DNA of 64,000 nucleotides from Octopus sinensis (GCF_006345805.1 NC_043013.1:15500001-15564000); one strand, 5' to 3'. Positions 50,647-63,162 are shown, counted from the stretch's first letter. The notes: generated by a model not told the origin, from the sequence alone. Numbers and translations are program-made.

Positions 50647-52019
50647 TCACAACCACAAACACACACACAAATATAAAAGGTTAAATAAATGAAATGAATT
50701 ATAAAAAATTTATGGGTGCGAAATGCTAAGTGAGAAAGAGTTCAATTGTAGATCAATAGTTTCTATCTAATGAAGACAAAATTTTGTTGGCTGCGAGTTT
50801 ATGAACTCATATAATAATACTTTTATTTACGCCACAAATTTGTATAAGTTTGTGTGACGTAGGAGAGCGATAAGTTTGTATAGATTAAGAAGTGAGTTTT
50901 TATGGTGTAAGGAGTACGTCGGGAAGGGTGAGCGTGTACAGAGTAAACAGACCTAATTTGTTTGGCGTAGGGCGATGTGAGTGCATATGGTGTAGGCAGA
51001 CATCTGTTCGCAAAGTGACTGGGAGATGAAGTGTGCACGGCATGACGATACGTGAGTTGTTACGCTTAGAACGAAGTAACAAAAGAACTAAATTATTTAT
51101 AACATCTATTTCCCTATTACTCAAAACCTTATCAATACATATGGGCGTTTTTCAATGATTTTGGCTGGCAAAGACCACCGAAATATCTATTGGAATCTGG
51201 TTTCCTTCTAACATGAACCTTTTCCTGAATCATAGAATCATTAGAGAAAATAGTGAGCTAAGCATATAAACATACACGCCGACTAATGTCCTGCTTTTCT
51301 TCAACCAACTGTTGTGAATCCACATTCTCGTACTTGACGCAAATCAAGAATTCACTGAGAACGCAATTGACAGGTGAGCATTTGGAGGACCAATTGAAAC
51401 TAAGAACCATTATGTAAGTGTCTGATATCGAAATGCGTTCTCAAAAAAACAAAACAAAAAAAAAACAAAGAAAAATAAGTAAATTCAAAGAACTCCTTAA
51501 TTTGTATAAAAAGAACCTACTTGCCGAAACTAAATATCTGAAAATGCTATATTCTCGATGTTCACGAGCAGACTTTTTTTTTATAAGGTTATTATTCATT
51601 TACTTATTATTATATGTATGCAACTTACTTAAATAAAATATCGGAACGTATCTGCTTTCGATTTCTACATACCTGTCATTCTTTTATTAGGTTACAAATA
51701 AATTACTTAGGGGATAAAATAACTTAGGGGATAAAAAAAAGGAAAAATAATTTGTTCATTGCGGGCTCTATGAGGGATGATTAATTGTAGGGTGGCCTTC
51801 ATGCACAAAAAGGTTCCCCATCACTACCCTCATGGAAATAAAATAATTGTGCTGCAATGTCGTTATGCGCTGTGAGCCTTATTTCTGTAGAGGGCGTACG
51901 CTACGGGGTTTCTGCCTTGGATAAATTGCAAACTTAATGTTGAGATTGCTTTCATAATTCTGGTGGAATATTCTTCATACAAAAGATGTAGGCCTCACAT
52001 ACATACATACATACATACA

Positions 52020-52052
<33 letters not shown>

Positions 52053-52173
52053 GCATCCATTACGACCTGTAGAAAAAGCAACGAAATTTGACAGAAAATT
52101 TATTCTGAATTGTTCCCACTAATAGACGAAAAGCGGTAAATAAAAGATTATTCAAAATTCTGACTGCCACCTT

Positions 52174-52229
<56 letters not shown>

Positions 52230-52469
52230 GATATATTAAACAATGAGGGTAGAAATTGATATCAATCAATTAATATCAACTTAGACCAGTGGTCCTAGCA
52301 TATTCAAAGAAAGTCCGAGGATTTAAAAATTATATTACAATTATAAAAAGGAATGACTACTAAAGTGGATTCTTAATATGCTAAAGACAGTGGTCATTCC
52401 TCTCATTAACTGTAACACACATAATATATTATATAAGATATATATATATATAATATATATATAATATAA

Positions 52470-52806
52470 AGAGATAATGTGTCATTGAGACCCAAAGGTG
52501 TCGGGTAATGCTGAATAATTGCTATAGACAGACCGTAAATAAGTTCCAGATTCGGTAATATTGCGAATAAAGTGTTCAACGTTGGTCCTATGTCAGCATG
52601 TGTATATATGAATTTTTTGTGTAATGAGATAAAAACCAAGGCTGTATAAATTTTACTCAAAGGATATTGGAATAATACACATATATACCATTATGCCTAT
52701 AAAACGGATTTATGAACTTAATAACCATACATATCTTACATCTATTTTCTCTCCTCTCCCTTCACTTATACTACTCTTTCTGCTACTCCTCCCACTGTGT
52801 GATTTT

Positions 52807-52841
<35 letters not shown>

Positions 52842-53030
52842 CTTTTCACCACCTCACTCTCTATTTATATCACATCGAAACTAACTATGACTCCGATGAA
52901 GGGATATTATTATTAATTAATATCCTAGAAACAGCTGTAAGACCTTCTATCAATAAATGTTCTAATATCTATACAGCCTTGGTTTTTATCTCATTACACA
53001 AAAAATTCATATATATATATTTCTTTCCTT
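52470..53030. mobile_element. Rearranged Penelope-like terminal fragments in inverted orientation
   Basis: 52606-52648 is the reverse complement of 52970-53020; minus strand ...HYPTPLGLND resembles PLE C-termini; carries the 52889 hammerhead-like motif. Confidence 0.5.
52889..52943 (+). ncRNA. Hammerhead-like motif, core CCGAUGA, long stem II
   Basis: gact CCGATGA a gggatatta-8nt-taatatcct a GAAA c-agct-g TA agac: 9-bp stem II, palindromic AGCT stem III loop, stem I 3 of 4 paired. Confidence 0.55.
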
Positions 53031-53181
53031 TCATATTCAACCACGTATAATCACTAACCAAACTATCTCACACATATATATGTGTGTATGTGTGTGTTTG
53101 TATCCGCGTGTAAGAGTGTGTATGGTTCAATCGACTAAGTCTCCTTAACTTGCATTCGTCAGAGTAATAGCACATACTTAC

Positions 53182-53279
53182 GTAAACATGTAGCATGAGC
53201 CGTACACTGCGCACAGTAAGTGCGGCAAGCGTTTCCATAAAATGACACTTTACCATTTCCTCTCTTTGGTCTACTTCTC
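53182..53279 (-). CDS. Exon RSRPKRGNGKVSFYGNACRTYCAQCTAHATCL (phase 2->1): furin-type site plus Cys-rich start
   Basis: Acceptor ttttgtgtcttgcag, donor C|GTAAGT, 98 nt. The Cys-rich frame is phase-compatible with exon 49574-49726; an intervening exon is not excluded. Confidence 0.7.
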
Positions 53280-53331
53280 CTGCAAGACACAAAATAAATG
53301 CCGTGTATATATGTATTGTATGTATATATAC

Positions 53332-53379
<48 letters not shown>

Positions 53380-53480
53380 CGTATATTTATATATATATGG
53401 TGTGTGTATATATACATACACACACACACACATACACACACACACACCACAACACACACATATATATATATATATATATT

Positions 53481-55087
53481 ATATATATAGGGGTAAAATA
53501 AGAAAAGTCATCGAAAATGCCTATTGTAGATATAAAAAGTCTATTTATGATAGGTAGTGACAAAAATATACATTTAGAGTATTACGAGTCAAAAAGGTGA
53601 TTGCTTCATACTTTGGCAAGATAGCATGGATCAACTCCTTGATTTTAAAAGAATGCTCAACAACATACACAGCAATATACAATTCACTATGGAACACAAC
53701 AGTAAGCAACTACCTTTTCTAGACATCTCAATTAGAATAGTTAACAACCACATAGAAACAGACATCTTTTATAAACTCACAGACTCTAAACAATACCTAT
53801 TTATAACTCCTGCACTCCGCCACCCCAAACATATAAAAATCAACATCCCTTTAACCTATCAAAAAGAATCTGCACCATAGTTTCCGATACATACACTCGT
53901 GAACATAGACTCCTTGAACTTAGATCTACACTAACTAAAATACACTACCCATCTAATAGTAAATGAAGGCATCAAAAGAGCTAAGGGAATAGATATAAAA
54001 AGATTAAGGAAAACTAGCCGAAATACTAAACAAGACTTAAAAATACTCCCGTACATCTCTACACATAACCCCAGAACAGCAAAGCCTTCAACATCATCAC
54101 CCAAAACTCCCCATCCTCACACCAGACAAAACAATGAACGAAATTTTAAACTCATATATAATTATAAAAGCAAAGAGCACCGAAGTCACTGAAAAGAATA
54201 CTAACCAGCGCTAGACTTTACCCACTAACTACTGAGCCAATGTGACAAAATGTGGACGTTCCAACTGTGGAACATGCCCCCCCTTCTGGAGGTTCAGAAT
54301 TCCAATTCAAACAAGGAGAAATATTTAAGATCAAATCAAATTTCACCTGCGCCCTCGCAAATGTAATCTATGTCATGACATGCATAGGATGCGGTAAACT
54401 CTATATTGGACACAGGAATTTCGCTCCGTCAAAGAATCACCATTCACAAAGAGCAAATCCGCCACCCACAATACAGACAGTTAAGGTGAGTGAACACATA
54501 GAAAGATGTGCCAGGAATCGTAATCCCAACTTCTAAATATTTCCCTTTTACCAATGCTCACAGAACACCACAATGCAACAAAGGTTGAATAAAGAGTCAT
54601 TTTTCATCAACAAATTTCTCTCCCCCACTAAATATGAACACACAACTCAATACAGAACATCACTAACTCTTCAATTTAAACCACTAAACCCTATTCACTT
54701 TCTACATCACTCACATTTCTAATTCCTGAACTACTTACCTCCTCCCTTATACATATATCCAGAACTAACTTACCCCCTTACAAATAATCTTTTCTCTCAG
54801 GAACTATTAGACCTGACACCGTCTAGTAACCGGTGTTATTCAAACGATGAACAGCTAACGCGAAAATCAATTGGTTCGTTTCAGTCCCTTTCTATTATTA
54901 TTAACTTCTTATGATCATCAATAATAATGACCTTTTTGGACTCGTAATACGCTAAATGTATATTTTTGTCACTACCTATCATAAATAGTCTTTTTATATC
55001 TACATATGCATTTTCGTTGACTTTTCTTATTTTACCCTTACACTTCCACGTGTATTTTATATATTTTTTTTCAAAACATATTTCTAC

Positions 55088-55090
<3 letters not shown>
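53481..55090 (+). mobile_element. Penelope-like element (RT C-terminus + GIY-YIG endonuclease), copy 1, frameshifted, with inverted terminal-repeat fragment at the 5' end
   Basis: Fragments HSNIQFTMEHNSKQLPFLDI and NFTCALANVIYVMTCIGCGKLYIG. 53481-53608 is the reverse complement of about 54930-55050. Confidence 0.9.
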
Positions 55091-55127
<37 letters not shown>

Positions 55128-55261
55128 GTATGTATGTACGTATATTTATATATATATATGTAGTGGTGTATATTACATACACACCCACCACACAAATTAC
55201 ACACACACACACACACACAACACACATATATATATATATATATATAATGTATATATATATA

Positions 55262-56875
55262 GGGGTAAAATAAGAAAAAGTAACGAAAATGCTATTGTAG
55301 ATATAAAAAGTCTATTTATGATAGGTAGTGACAAAAATATACATTTAGAGTATTACGAGTCAAAAAGGTGATTGCTTCATACTTTGGCAAGATAGCAGGG
55401 TCAACTCCTTGATTTTAAAAGAATGCTCACAACATTACACAGCAATATACAATTCACTATGGAACACAACAGTAAGCAACTACCTTTTCTAGACATCTCA
55501 ATTAGAATAGTTAACAACCACATAGAAACAGACATCTTTTATAAACTCACAGACTCTAAACAATACCTATTATTTAACTCCTGCCACCCCAAACATATAA
55601 AAATCAACATACCCTTTAACCTATCAAAAAGAATCTGCACCATAGTTTCCGATACATACACTCGTGAACATAGACTCCTTGAACTTAGATCTACACTAAC
55701 TAAAATACACTACCCAATCTAATTAGTAAATGAAGGCATCAAAAGAGCTAAGGGAATAGATATAAAAAGATTAAGGAAAACTAGCCGAAATACTAAACAA
55801 GACTTAAAAATACTCCCGTACATCTCTACACATAACCCCAGAAACAGCAAAGCCTTCAACATCATCACCCAAAACCTCCCCATCCTCACACCAGACAAAA
55901 CAATGAACGAAATTTTAAACTCATATATAATTATAAAAAGCAAAGAGCAACCGAAGTCACTGAAAAGAATACTAACCAGCGCTAGACTTTACCCACTAAC
56001 TACTGAGCCAAATGTGACAAAATGTGGACGTTCCAACTGTGGAACATGCCCCCACCTTCTGGAGGGTTCAGAATTCCAATTCAAACAAGGAGAAATATTT
56101 AAGATCAAATCAAATTTCACCTGCGCCTCGGCAAATGTAATCTATGTCATGACATGCATAGGATGCGGTAAACTCTATATTGGACAAACAGGAATTTCGC
56201 TCCGTCAAAGAATCACCATTCACAAAGAGCAAATCCGCCACCCACAATACAGACAGTTAAAGGTGAGTGAACACATAGAAAGATGTGCCAGGAATCGTAA
56301 TCCCAACTTCTAAATATTTCCCTTTTACCAATGCTCACAGAACACCACAATGCAACAAAGGTTGAATAAAGAGTCATTTTTCATCAACAAATTTCTCCCC
56401 CAACTAAATATGAACACACAACTCAATACAGAACATCACTAACTCTTCAATTTAAACCACTAAACCCTATTCACTTTCTACATCACTCACATTTCTAATT
56501 CCTGAACTACTTACCTCCCTTATACATATAATCCAGAACTACTTACCTCCCTTACAAATAATCTTTTCTCTCAGGAACTATTAGACCTGACACCGTCTAG
56601 TAACCGGTGTTATTCAAACGATGAACAGCTAACGCGAAAATCAATTGGTTCGTTTCAGTCCCTTTCCTTATTATTATTAACTTCTTATGATCATCAATAA
56701 TAATGACCTTTTTGACTCGTAATACTCTAAATGTATATTTTTGTCACTACCTATCATAAATAGTCTTTTTATATCTACAATATGCATTTTCGTTGACTTT
56801 TCTTATTTTACCCTTACACTTCCACGTGTATTTTATATTTTTTTTCAAAACATATTTCTACTATATATACATTAT
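55262..56875 (+). mobile_element. Penelope-like element copy 2 (tandem duplicate)
   Basis: ORFs 55423-55722 (FTME...LPFLDI...TDIFYKLTDSKQYL) and 55903-56313 (CGRSNCGTC...NVIYVMTCIGCGKLYIGQTG..LRQRIT.H = GIY-YIG). Confidence 0.92.
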
Positions 56876-56985
56876 ATATATATATATAACGGGAAGGTTT
56901 ACGAAAATAAACAAAAGACGAAGGCAGGTGGAGTACAAATAAACAAATGTATTAGTATGGCGCTCAGGAATAGAAATAGAACAAG

Positions 56986-57023
56986 TCTTTTACGTTTCGA
57001 GCCTACGCTCTTCGACAGAAAGA
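56986..57023 (-). ncRNA. Hammerhead-like motif, variant core CUGUCGA-A
   Basis: Reverse complement: tcttt CTGTCGA a gagc-gtag-gctc GAAA cg TA aaaga, with perfect stems I and II. Confidence 0.6.
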
Positions 57024-57099
57024 TACACAGAAAAGAAACAAGGAGAGAAAAATGCGTGTAGGAGCTATATATTTGATTGTATATAATTATTTGATTGGT

Positions 57100-57415
57100 A
57101 AGAAAGTAATTTTGTTTTTCGCAAATAGTTACAATTGTTTTGAATGAATTTTGTTAATGTTATGATTTTTTGCTTCTGAAATTTTATAGCTGTTACTTTT
57201 AGCTAACTTTAGAAGCAAATTGACGTAATTTTGTTTCAGTGTCAATTTTAACATGGAGGGCATAAACGAATCTTTCCGCCATATTTTACTTGTTTATTTC
57301 CGTAAAAGCAAGAAAGCTGCTGAGGCTCAAATGTAAAGTTTATGGAGTTGATTGCTTAACAGAACGCATATTTCAGAAATGGTTTCAAAAATTCCGTCCT
57401 GGAGATTTTTCACTG
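57100..57415 (+). mobile_element. Mariner transposase N-terminal remnant
   Basis: MEGINESFRHILLVYFRKSKKAAEA, frameshift, VYGVDCLTERIFQKWFQKFRPGDF (Mos1-like HTH). Confidence 0.85.
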
Positions 57416-57665
57416 GTTGACTGGCCACAGTTGAAACACTACTGTCACAACCTGGGACCTTGAAGACTTCTATAATGCAGGAAAGTATACTAGTCCCTTA
57501 ATATTTTATATTCAACATTTCATCTATTCAATAAGACAATCACTACTTCATTTCATTATACTAATATATATAATATTTATACAATATATTCTATATTCTA
57601 CATTAATATTATAAGAATATAAATAAAACATAAAAAACAGAGTTGGAATTTCTTTGAATAATATA

Positions 57666-57708
<43 letters not shown>

Positions 57709-58027
57709 TTTAATTCTTTTACTTGTTTCACACAGTTGGCTGCGGCCATGCTGGAACACCGCCATTAGTCGAACAAGTCGACCCCAGGACTCATTCTTTG
57801 TAAGACTAGTACTTATTCTATCGGTCGCTTTTGATGAACCGCTAAGTTACGGGGACGTAAACACATCAACATCTGTTGTCAAGTGATGAAGGGGGACAAA
57901 CACAGGCACACAATCATACACACACACACACACATACGACGGGCTTCTTTCTGTTCCCGTCTACCAAATCCACTCACAAGGCTTTGGTCGGCCCGGGGCT
58001 ATAGTAGAAGAAATTTGCCCAAGGTAT

Positions 58028-58100
58028 GATATATAATATATATGAATTATAATATATATATGTATATATATATATATATAATATATATATATATTATATA

Positions 58101-58144
<44 letters not shown>

Positions 58145-58192
58145 GTGTATATATATATATACATATATGTGTTATATATATATATTATATAT

Positions 58193-58255
<63 letters not shown>

Positions 58256-58260
58256 AATAA

Positions 58261-58316
<56 letters not shown>

Positions 58317-58404
58317 CTAAATAATATATATATACATATAATATATATATATATTAAAATATATATATATATATATATGAAATATATATATCTATATATA
58401 AATA

Positions 58405-58452
<48 letters not shown>

Positions 58453-58527
58453 AATATATCTATATATAAATATATATATATATATATATAAAAATAATCT
58501 ATATATATATATACTATATATATATAT

Positions 58528-58562
<35 letters not shown>

Positions 58563-58592
58563 TAATCTATATACATTATATATATATATATA
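58028..58592. repeat. Long imperfect (TA)n tract; others at 33685-34010, 39385-39710 and 8130-8370
   Basis: Direct reading. Confidence 0.97.
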
Positions 58593-59773
58593 AAGGTTAA
58601 ATCCCCCTTAGGTCATGAATGAAGATGGGATTGCTCCTACAAAGTTCACTTCCGGGGCATAAGTCTGGGAAAGTTTGTTTATGGGAGACCAGCAATCGCC
58701 CATGCATACCAGACTCCCCTCTCCTTGCCACCGATGTTATCCAAGGGAAAGACAAATGCCGATACAGTTTGGCACCAGTGACATCGCAGCCCATTTCTAC
58801 AGCTGAATGAAATAGAGCAACTTGTTGAAGAACACAACACACAGCCCGGTCCAGGAATCAAACTCACACACTTGTGATTGTGACCCCGTACGACAGTCCT
58901 CTTTCAGTTTCCGTCAACCAGAATCCACTGACAAGACTTTGGTCGGCCTCAGGCTATTGTAGAAGACACTTGCCCAGGGTGTCACGGTCACGCAGTGAAA
59001 CCGAACCCGGAACCATGTGGTTGCAAAAAAGTGCCATAAGATGGGAAGGAATGGGAAGGGACCGTACAAGTACTCTAGTATAATCCAAGTTCTAGCTAAC
59101 TACATGGAATGATATAGAACAACAACAACGGGAAGTTGGTAAAGGTAAACGATCACTTAGTATTTCATCCGATGGATTTAAAGTAAACGCATTGTATGTA
59201 ATATTGTAATAAACAAGATTTTAGGATGTATGATACTACATTATATATTGTGTGGTAAGTAGCTTGCTAACCAACCACATGGTTCCGGGTTCAGTCCCTC
59301 TGCGTGGCATCTTGGGCAAGTGTCTTCTGCTATAGCCCCGGGCCGACCAATGCCTTGTGAGTGGATTTGGTAGACGGAAACTGAAAGAAGCCTGTCGTAT
59401 ATATGTATATATATATATGTGTGTGTTTGCGTGTCTGTGTTTGACCCCCTAGCATCGCTTGACGACCGATGCTGGTGTGTTTACGTCCCCGTCACTTAGC
59501 GGTTCGGCAAAAAAGAGACCGATAGAATAAGTACTGGGCTTACAAAGAATAAGTCCCGGGGTCGAGTTGCTCGATTAAAGGCGGTGCTCCAGCATGGCCG
59601 CAGTCAAATGACTGAAACAAGTAAAAGAGATATATATATATTATATATATGCATATAATAATATATATATATATACATATACATATATATATATAGACAT
59701 ATATACACAACATCATACATACATATATATATAATATATTATATATATATATATAATATATATATATTATATA

Positions 59774-59811
<38 letters not shown>

Positions 59812-59861
59812 GTATGTATATATATATGTATGTATATATACTTGAAAAAATTGGAGTCAGA

Positions 59862-60103
59862 TGGACATTTATTTTAAATCACTACAATTGTTTCCACGCA
59901 ACGTAGTTCTCCAGCAGAGCAAGTATTTGATTATGCAACTGTTTGCCTTCATTATGAGATCTAGCTTGTTTTTCTCAGGCCATCGCCTGTGGAAACACAA
60001 CCTGACCTCATAATGCAGGCAAACAGTTGCATAATCAAATACTTGCTCTGCTGGTGAACTACGTTGCGTGGAAACAATTGTAGTGATTAAAAAATAAATG
60101 TCC
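59862..60103. mobile_element. Palindromic MITE-like element: about 95-bp inverted arms, about 48-nt spacer
   Basis: 59862-59957 is a near-perfect reverse complement of 60006-60103. Confidence 0.75.
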
Positions 60104-60519
60104 AACCGTACTCCTTCTAGGTGGTACCAAACGCAAATCTGGAAGTATGTATAATATTACTACTGGATAGCACAAGATAAATCTGAAGGTGGATATGCCT
60201 TATAATGTACTCTACTACGTTCTCAACAGAATATACCGTAACTGCATATATATATTTATATAATTAGAATAATAAGGGTTTTTTGCAACAAGTTGCTTAA
60301 ACCGAATACCGAAAATTTTAGAAAATTTTAGTCTTTTGGCTGCTATTTCTAAAATTTTCGGTATGTGGTTTAAGCAACTTGTTGCAAAAAACCCTTATTA
60401 TTCTAATTATATAAATTTTTAACGAATATGGTCCTTTCCATATCGAAATACTACTAGGTGAAATTTGTTGATTTTATTAAATTAATTATATTTCACCCTA
60501 TATCTGTAAGGTATATATA

Positions 60520-60591
<72 letters not shown>

Positions 60592-60714
60592 TATATGTTG
60601 TATATATATACACCCTCACACACTTGTGTAGCTGCATATGTATGAATATATAAGTAAACGTACGAAGACCAGTAGGTGCATGACAACATCGTAGAACCCG
60701 TTGGACCATCTTAC

Positions 60715-60792
60715 GAAGTTTTCATTTGGTTTTGAATGCACTTCTGTAACAGAAATCGTGGGAAACTTTCCATATCTGCAGGTTAGACTTGC
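60715..60792 (-). CDS. Exon ASLTCRYGKFPTISVTEVHSKPNENF (phase 0->0 as assembled)
   Basis: Acceptor ttattttttttcag, donor TTC|GTAAGA (alternative donor after 60664). It completes the Cys module of the upstream exon, but its 3' phase does not match the next exon found. Confidence 0.65.
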
Positions 60793-60968
60793 CTGAAAAA
60801 AAATAACAGTCATAGTAAAACAACAACAACAACAACAAACAGCAACAACAACACAACAACAACAACAACAACAACAACAATAATGGTTTCAGATTTTGGC
60901 TCAAGGCAGCAGTTCCTGGGAGCGAGCAAGTCGATTACATCCACCTTATTGCTCAACTGGTACTTATT

Positions 60969-62839
60969 TTATCGACCCGCAAGGATGGAAGGCAAACCCA
61001 CACAGTCCTTCCGCGCATCCAAAATATGGTTCCAGTCCCCCACCAATACTAAAGTACGGGACGTTCCCAAGAAAGTTTCTAGACATCTGAAGAAATCTGG
61101 CCTTACAGGCCCTGTTGAGGCATAAACTGCCACCAGTCTTAAGGCGGCACCTTCGCTGCCATTTACGTGTAAGACCACTATCTTACCATCCGGGCCCAAG
61201 AAAATAGCCCATACTTAGAGATCTATGGATTTTCAGAGTAGCACTGCTACACCGCCATCCACTCCCGATAGACCACAAGATAAGAATACCCCGTAGTTCC
61301 CGAAAATGGATGCAAGAGGGTGTTTTCCGGAGATTCTTGTTTCATTAATGGCTGTCACAGCTAAATCAAGTGACCTGAGATCATTGAGCAAGTGACCTTG
61401 CTTCGAAGCTGAACCCAGGTCACGCACATTCACACACACCATTCTCGGAGAAAAAAAATGAGGAGGTTACTCATCTTGATTTTCAAGAAGCCTAGCAATT
61501 CCAGACCTCCCTATAGGCGAAATGTTTTTAAAATGCCATTCCAACAGCCTTTTATCAACTGATTTTATTTTAAAATTTCTACACTATACTGGGAATTTTT
61601 CTCTGACGACGTTTTAATTAGAAGCCTACCCTTCGCGGTTTTGAGGATGAAATCCTCAAATTCCTTTCCTTCTGTCTCTATTTTGTTCTTCTTTGTTGCT
61701 CAATGTTGCTCTTTTTCACAACAGTGAAATTGATGAATGCATTTCGTCTACAGTCTGATGAATTTTCTTGTTTTTGAAGTTCGGTAATTGGTTGTTTTCT
61801 GTGTTTCTGTGATTCCATGCTGTTGATGTTGCTGTTTTTGAAGTTGTTGTTTATTCTTGTGGTTTTTGTTGGAGTGGTTGTGAATTGTGTTTCAGTTGTG
61901 GTTTCAGTATATATTTGGTTGAGTCCTTGGAGCAGGGCTATGTACTCTCCCCCTCTTTCGCCTACCCCATTTTGTCACTGTGATCGTTCAGCTCTTCTTT
62001 CTCCATGTCATTGCAGTTGATGTTGGTTTGGGAGTTAGAGCATTCAGCAGAAGCATGCTTTTCCGTGGCAACCGGAGGCAGACTCCTTCTTTGTTTGGTT
62101 TGGGAGTGGGTGTGCGCGTGAGTGTGGGTGTAGATGTAGGTGTAGGAGTCTTGAACACTTGTTCATGATTTTGCGCTTGCGGTGTTTGCAGTGCTGGTAG
62201 CAGTGGGAGTTTAGTTTTTTTTTTAATTTCAAGGCAAAAAGCCTTTAAGTGAATTACAGATCCACATGTTTGACATCGTGGCTTTCTACCCTCCATTAAC
62301 ACTGACAGGTGAGTACCATCTGGGAAATCGATTCGATCGGACATTTGGTTGATATGGTCCTGCTTACATTGTAAAATCAATTCCATACCTATACCTGACC
62401 AGTTTTGCTTATGTATTTTCTTGACCTTCGTTTTCTTCTAACCTTCTAAGACGGCCGTCACTAACCAGGTGATGGATATTTCTGGCGGCACATTCAACAC
62501 CTTAATCTTGGCAAGGCGTTGGTCACGATAGCTGGGGGATTAAGACATTTCCATTCCTCAAAGTAGTCGAGGAATGACACCTGGCTTCTTCTTCAGTCCC
62601 AAATCTCACCTCAGTAGTTCCAAATTTCTTTCCTTGCGTCCGAGGTATTTTTGTATTTCGCTCTCAGGAACATTTTCTATCCCACGTGACTTAACTCCGA
62701 TGTAGCGGTATGTGGCCGTACATCTTAAGATATTCCTTATCACGTCGGATGGAGGGTTTACAGCTAGCCTTCTTCCATTCCTTTTTACAATTTTCTTGGC
62801 CATTTTTAGATCGTCTTTATCTATGCGGAAATCTTCCAA
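60969..62839 (-). mobile_element. 5' part of a Tx1/L1-clade LINE: ORF1 with CCHC knuckle and ORF2 apurinic endonuclease start, frameshifted
   Basis: CQTCGSVIHLKAFC zinc knuckle; NVRDL...INET; RLVAVYA...VLVGDWNHILD APE motifs. Confidence 0.88.
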
Positions 62840-63040
62840 ATAATAATAATAACAACAACACTTTCTACTATAGGCACAAGGCCTGAAATTTTGGTGGGAA
62901 GGAACTTGTCGATTACATCTTAACGATTACATGTAACGAAAACAATTTCAACAACTACAAATGTGGTGCATCAGCATGGCCAGTACCCAAAGGTTAAAAG
63001 TAGCAAAATAAGGAAATGAAAACTATTTATAATTGCATAC

Positions 63041-63162
63041 CCTTCCCTTGTTTGTGTAGCAAACACCATTTTGGAGTTTCGCTCCATAACAGTCATACTT
63101 CTGACATGCGCAAGATTCCGGTTGGTAGTCGGCAGGACACTTCTGATTGGTAGTAGTTTTTT
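63041..63162 (-). CDS. Exon: Cys-rich module KTTTNQKCPADYQPESCACQKYDCYGAKLQNGVCYTNKGR (phase 1->0)
   Basis: Acceptor tttttttaactcttcaccag, donor AGG|GTATGC, 122 nt open. The CP-x5-SC-x-C-x4-C-x-GA-x6-C pattern continues into ASLTC in the next exon. Confidence 0.8.

Noticed and set aside
50930-52070. Candidate extra exons between 53182 and 49726 (about 50950-51070, 51140-51225, 52045-52067)
   Set aside because: Phases or peptides are unconvincing; none supplies the expected Cys pattern.
60044-60088. GAAACAATTGTAGTG inside the palindromic MITE, identical to the 3' half of the 7990 hammerhead
   Set aside because: The upstream core is CTGGTGA and stem I cannot pair; treated as coincidence or a dead relic.
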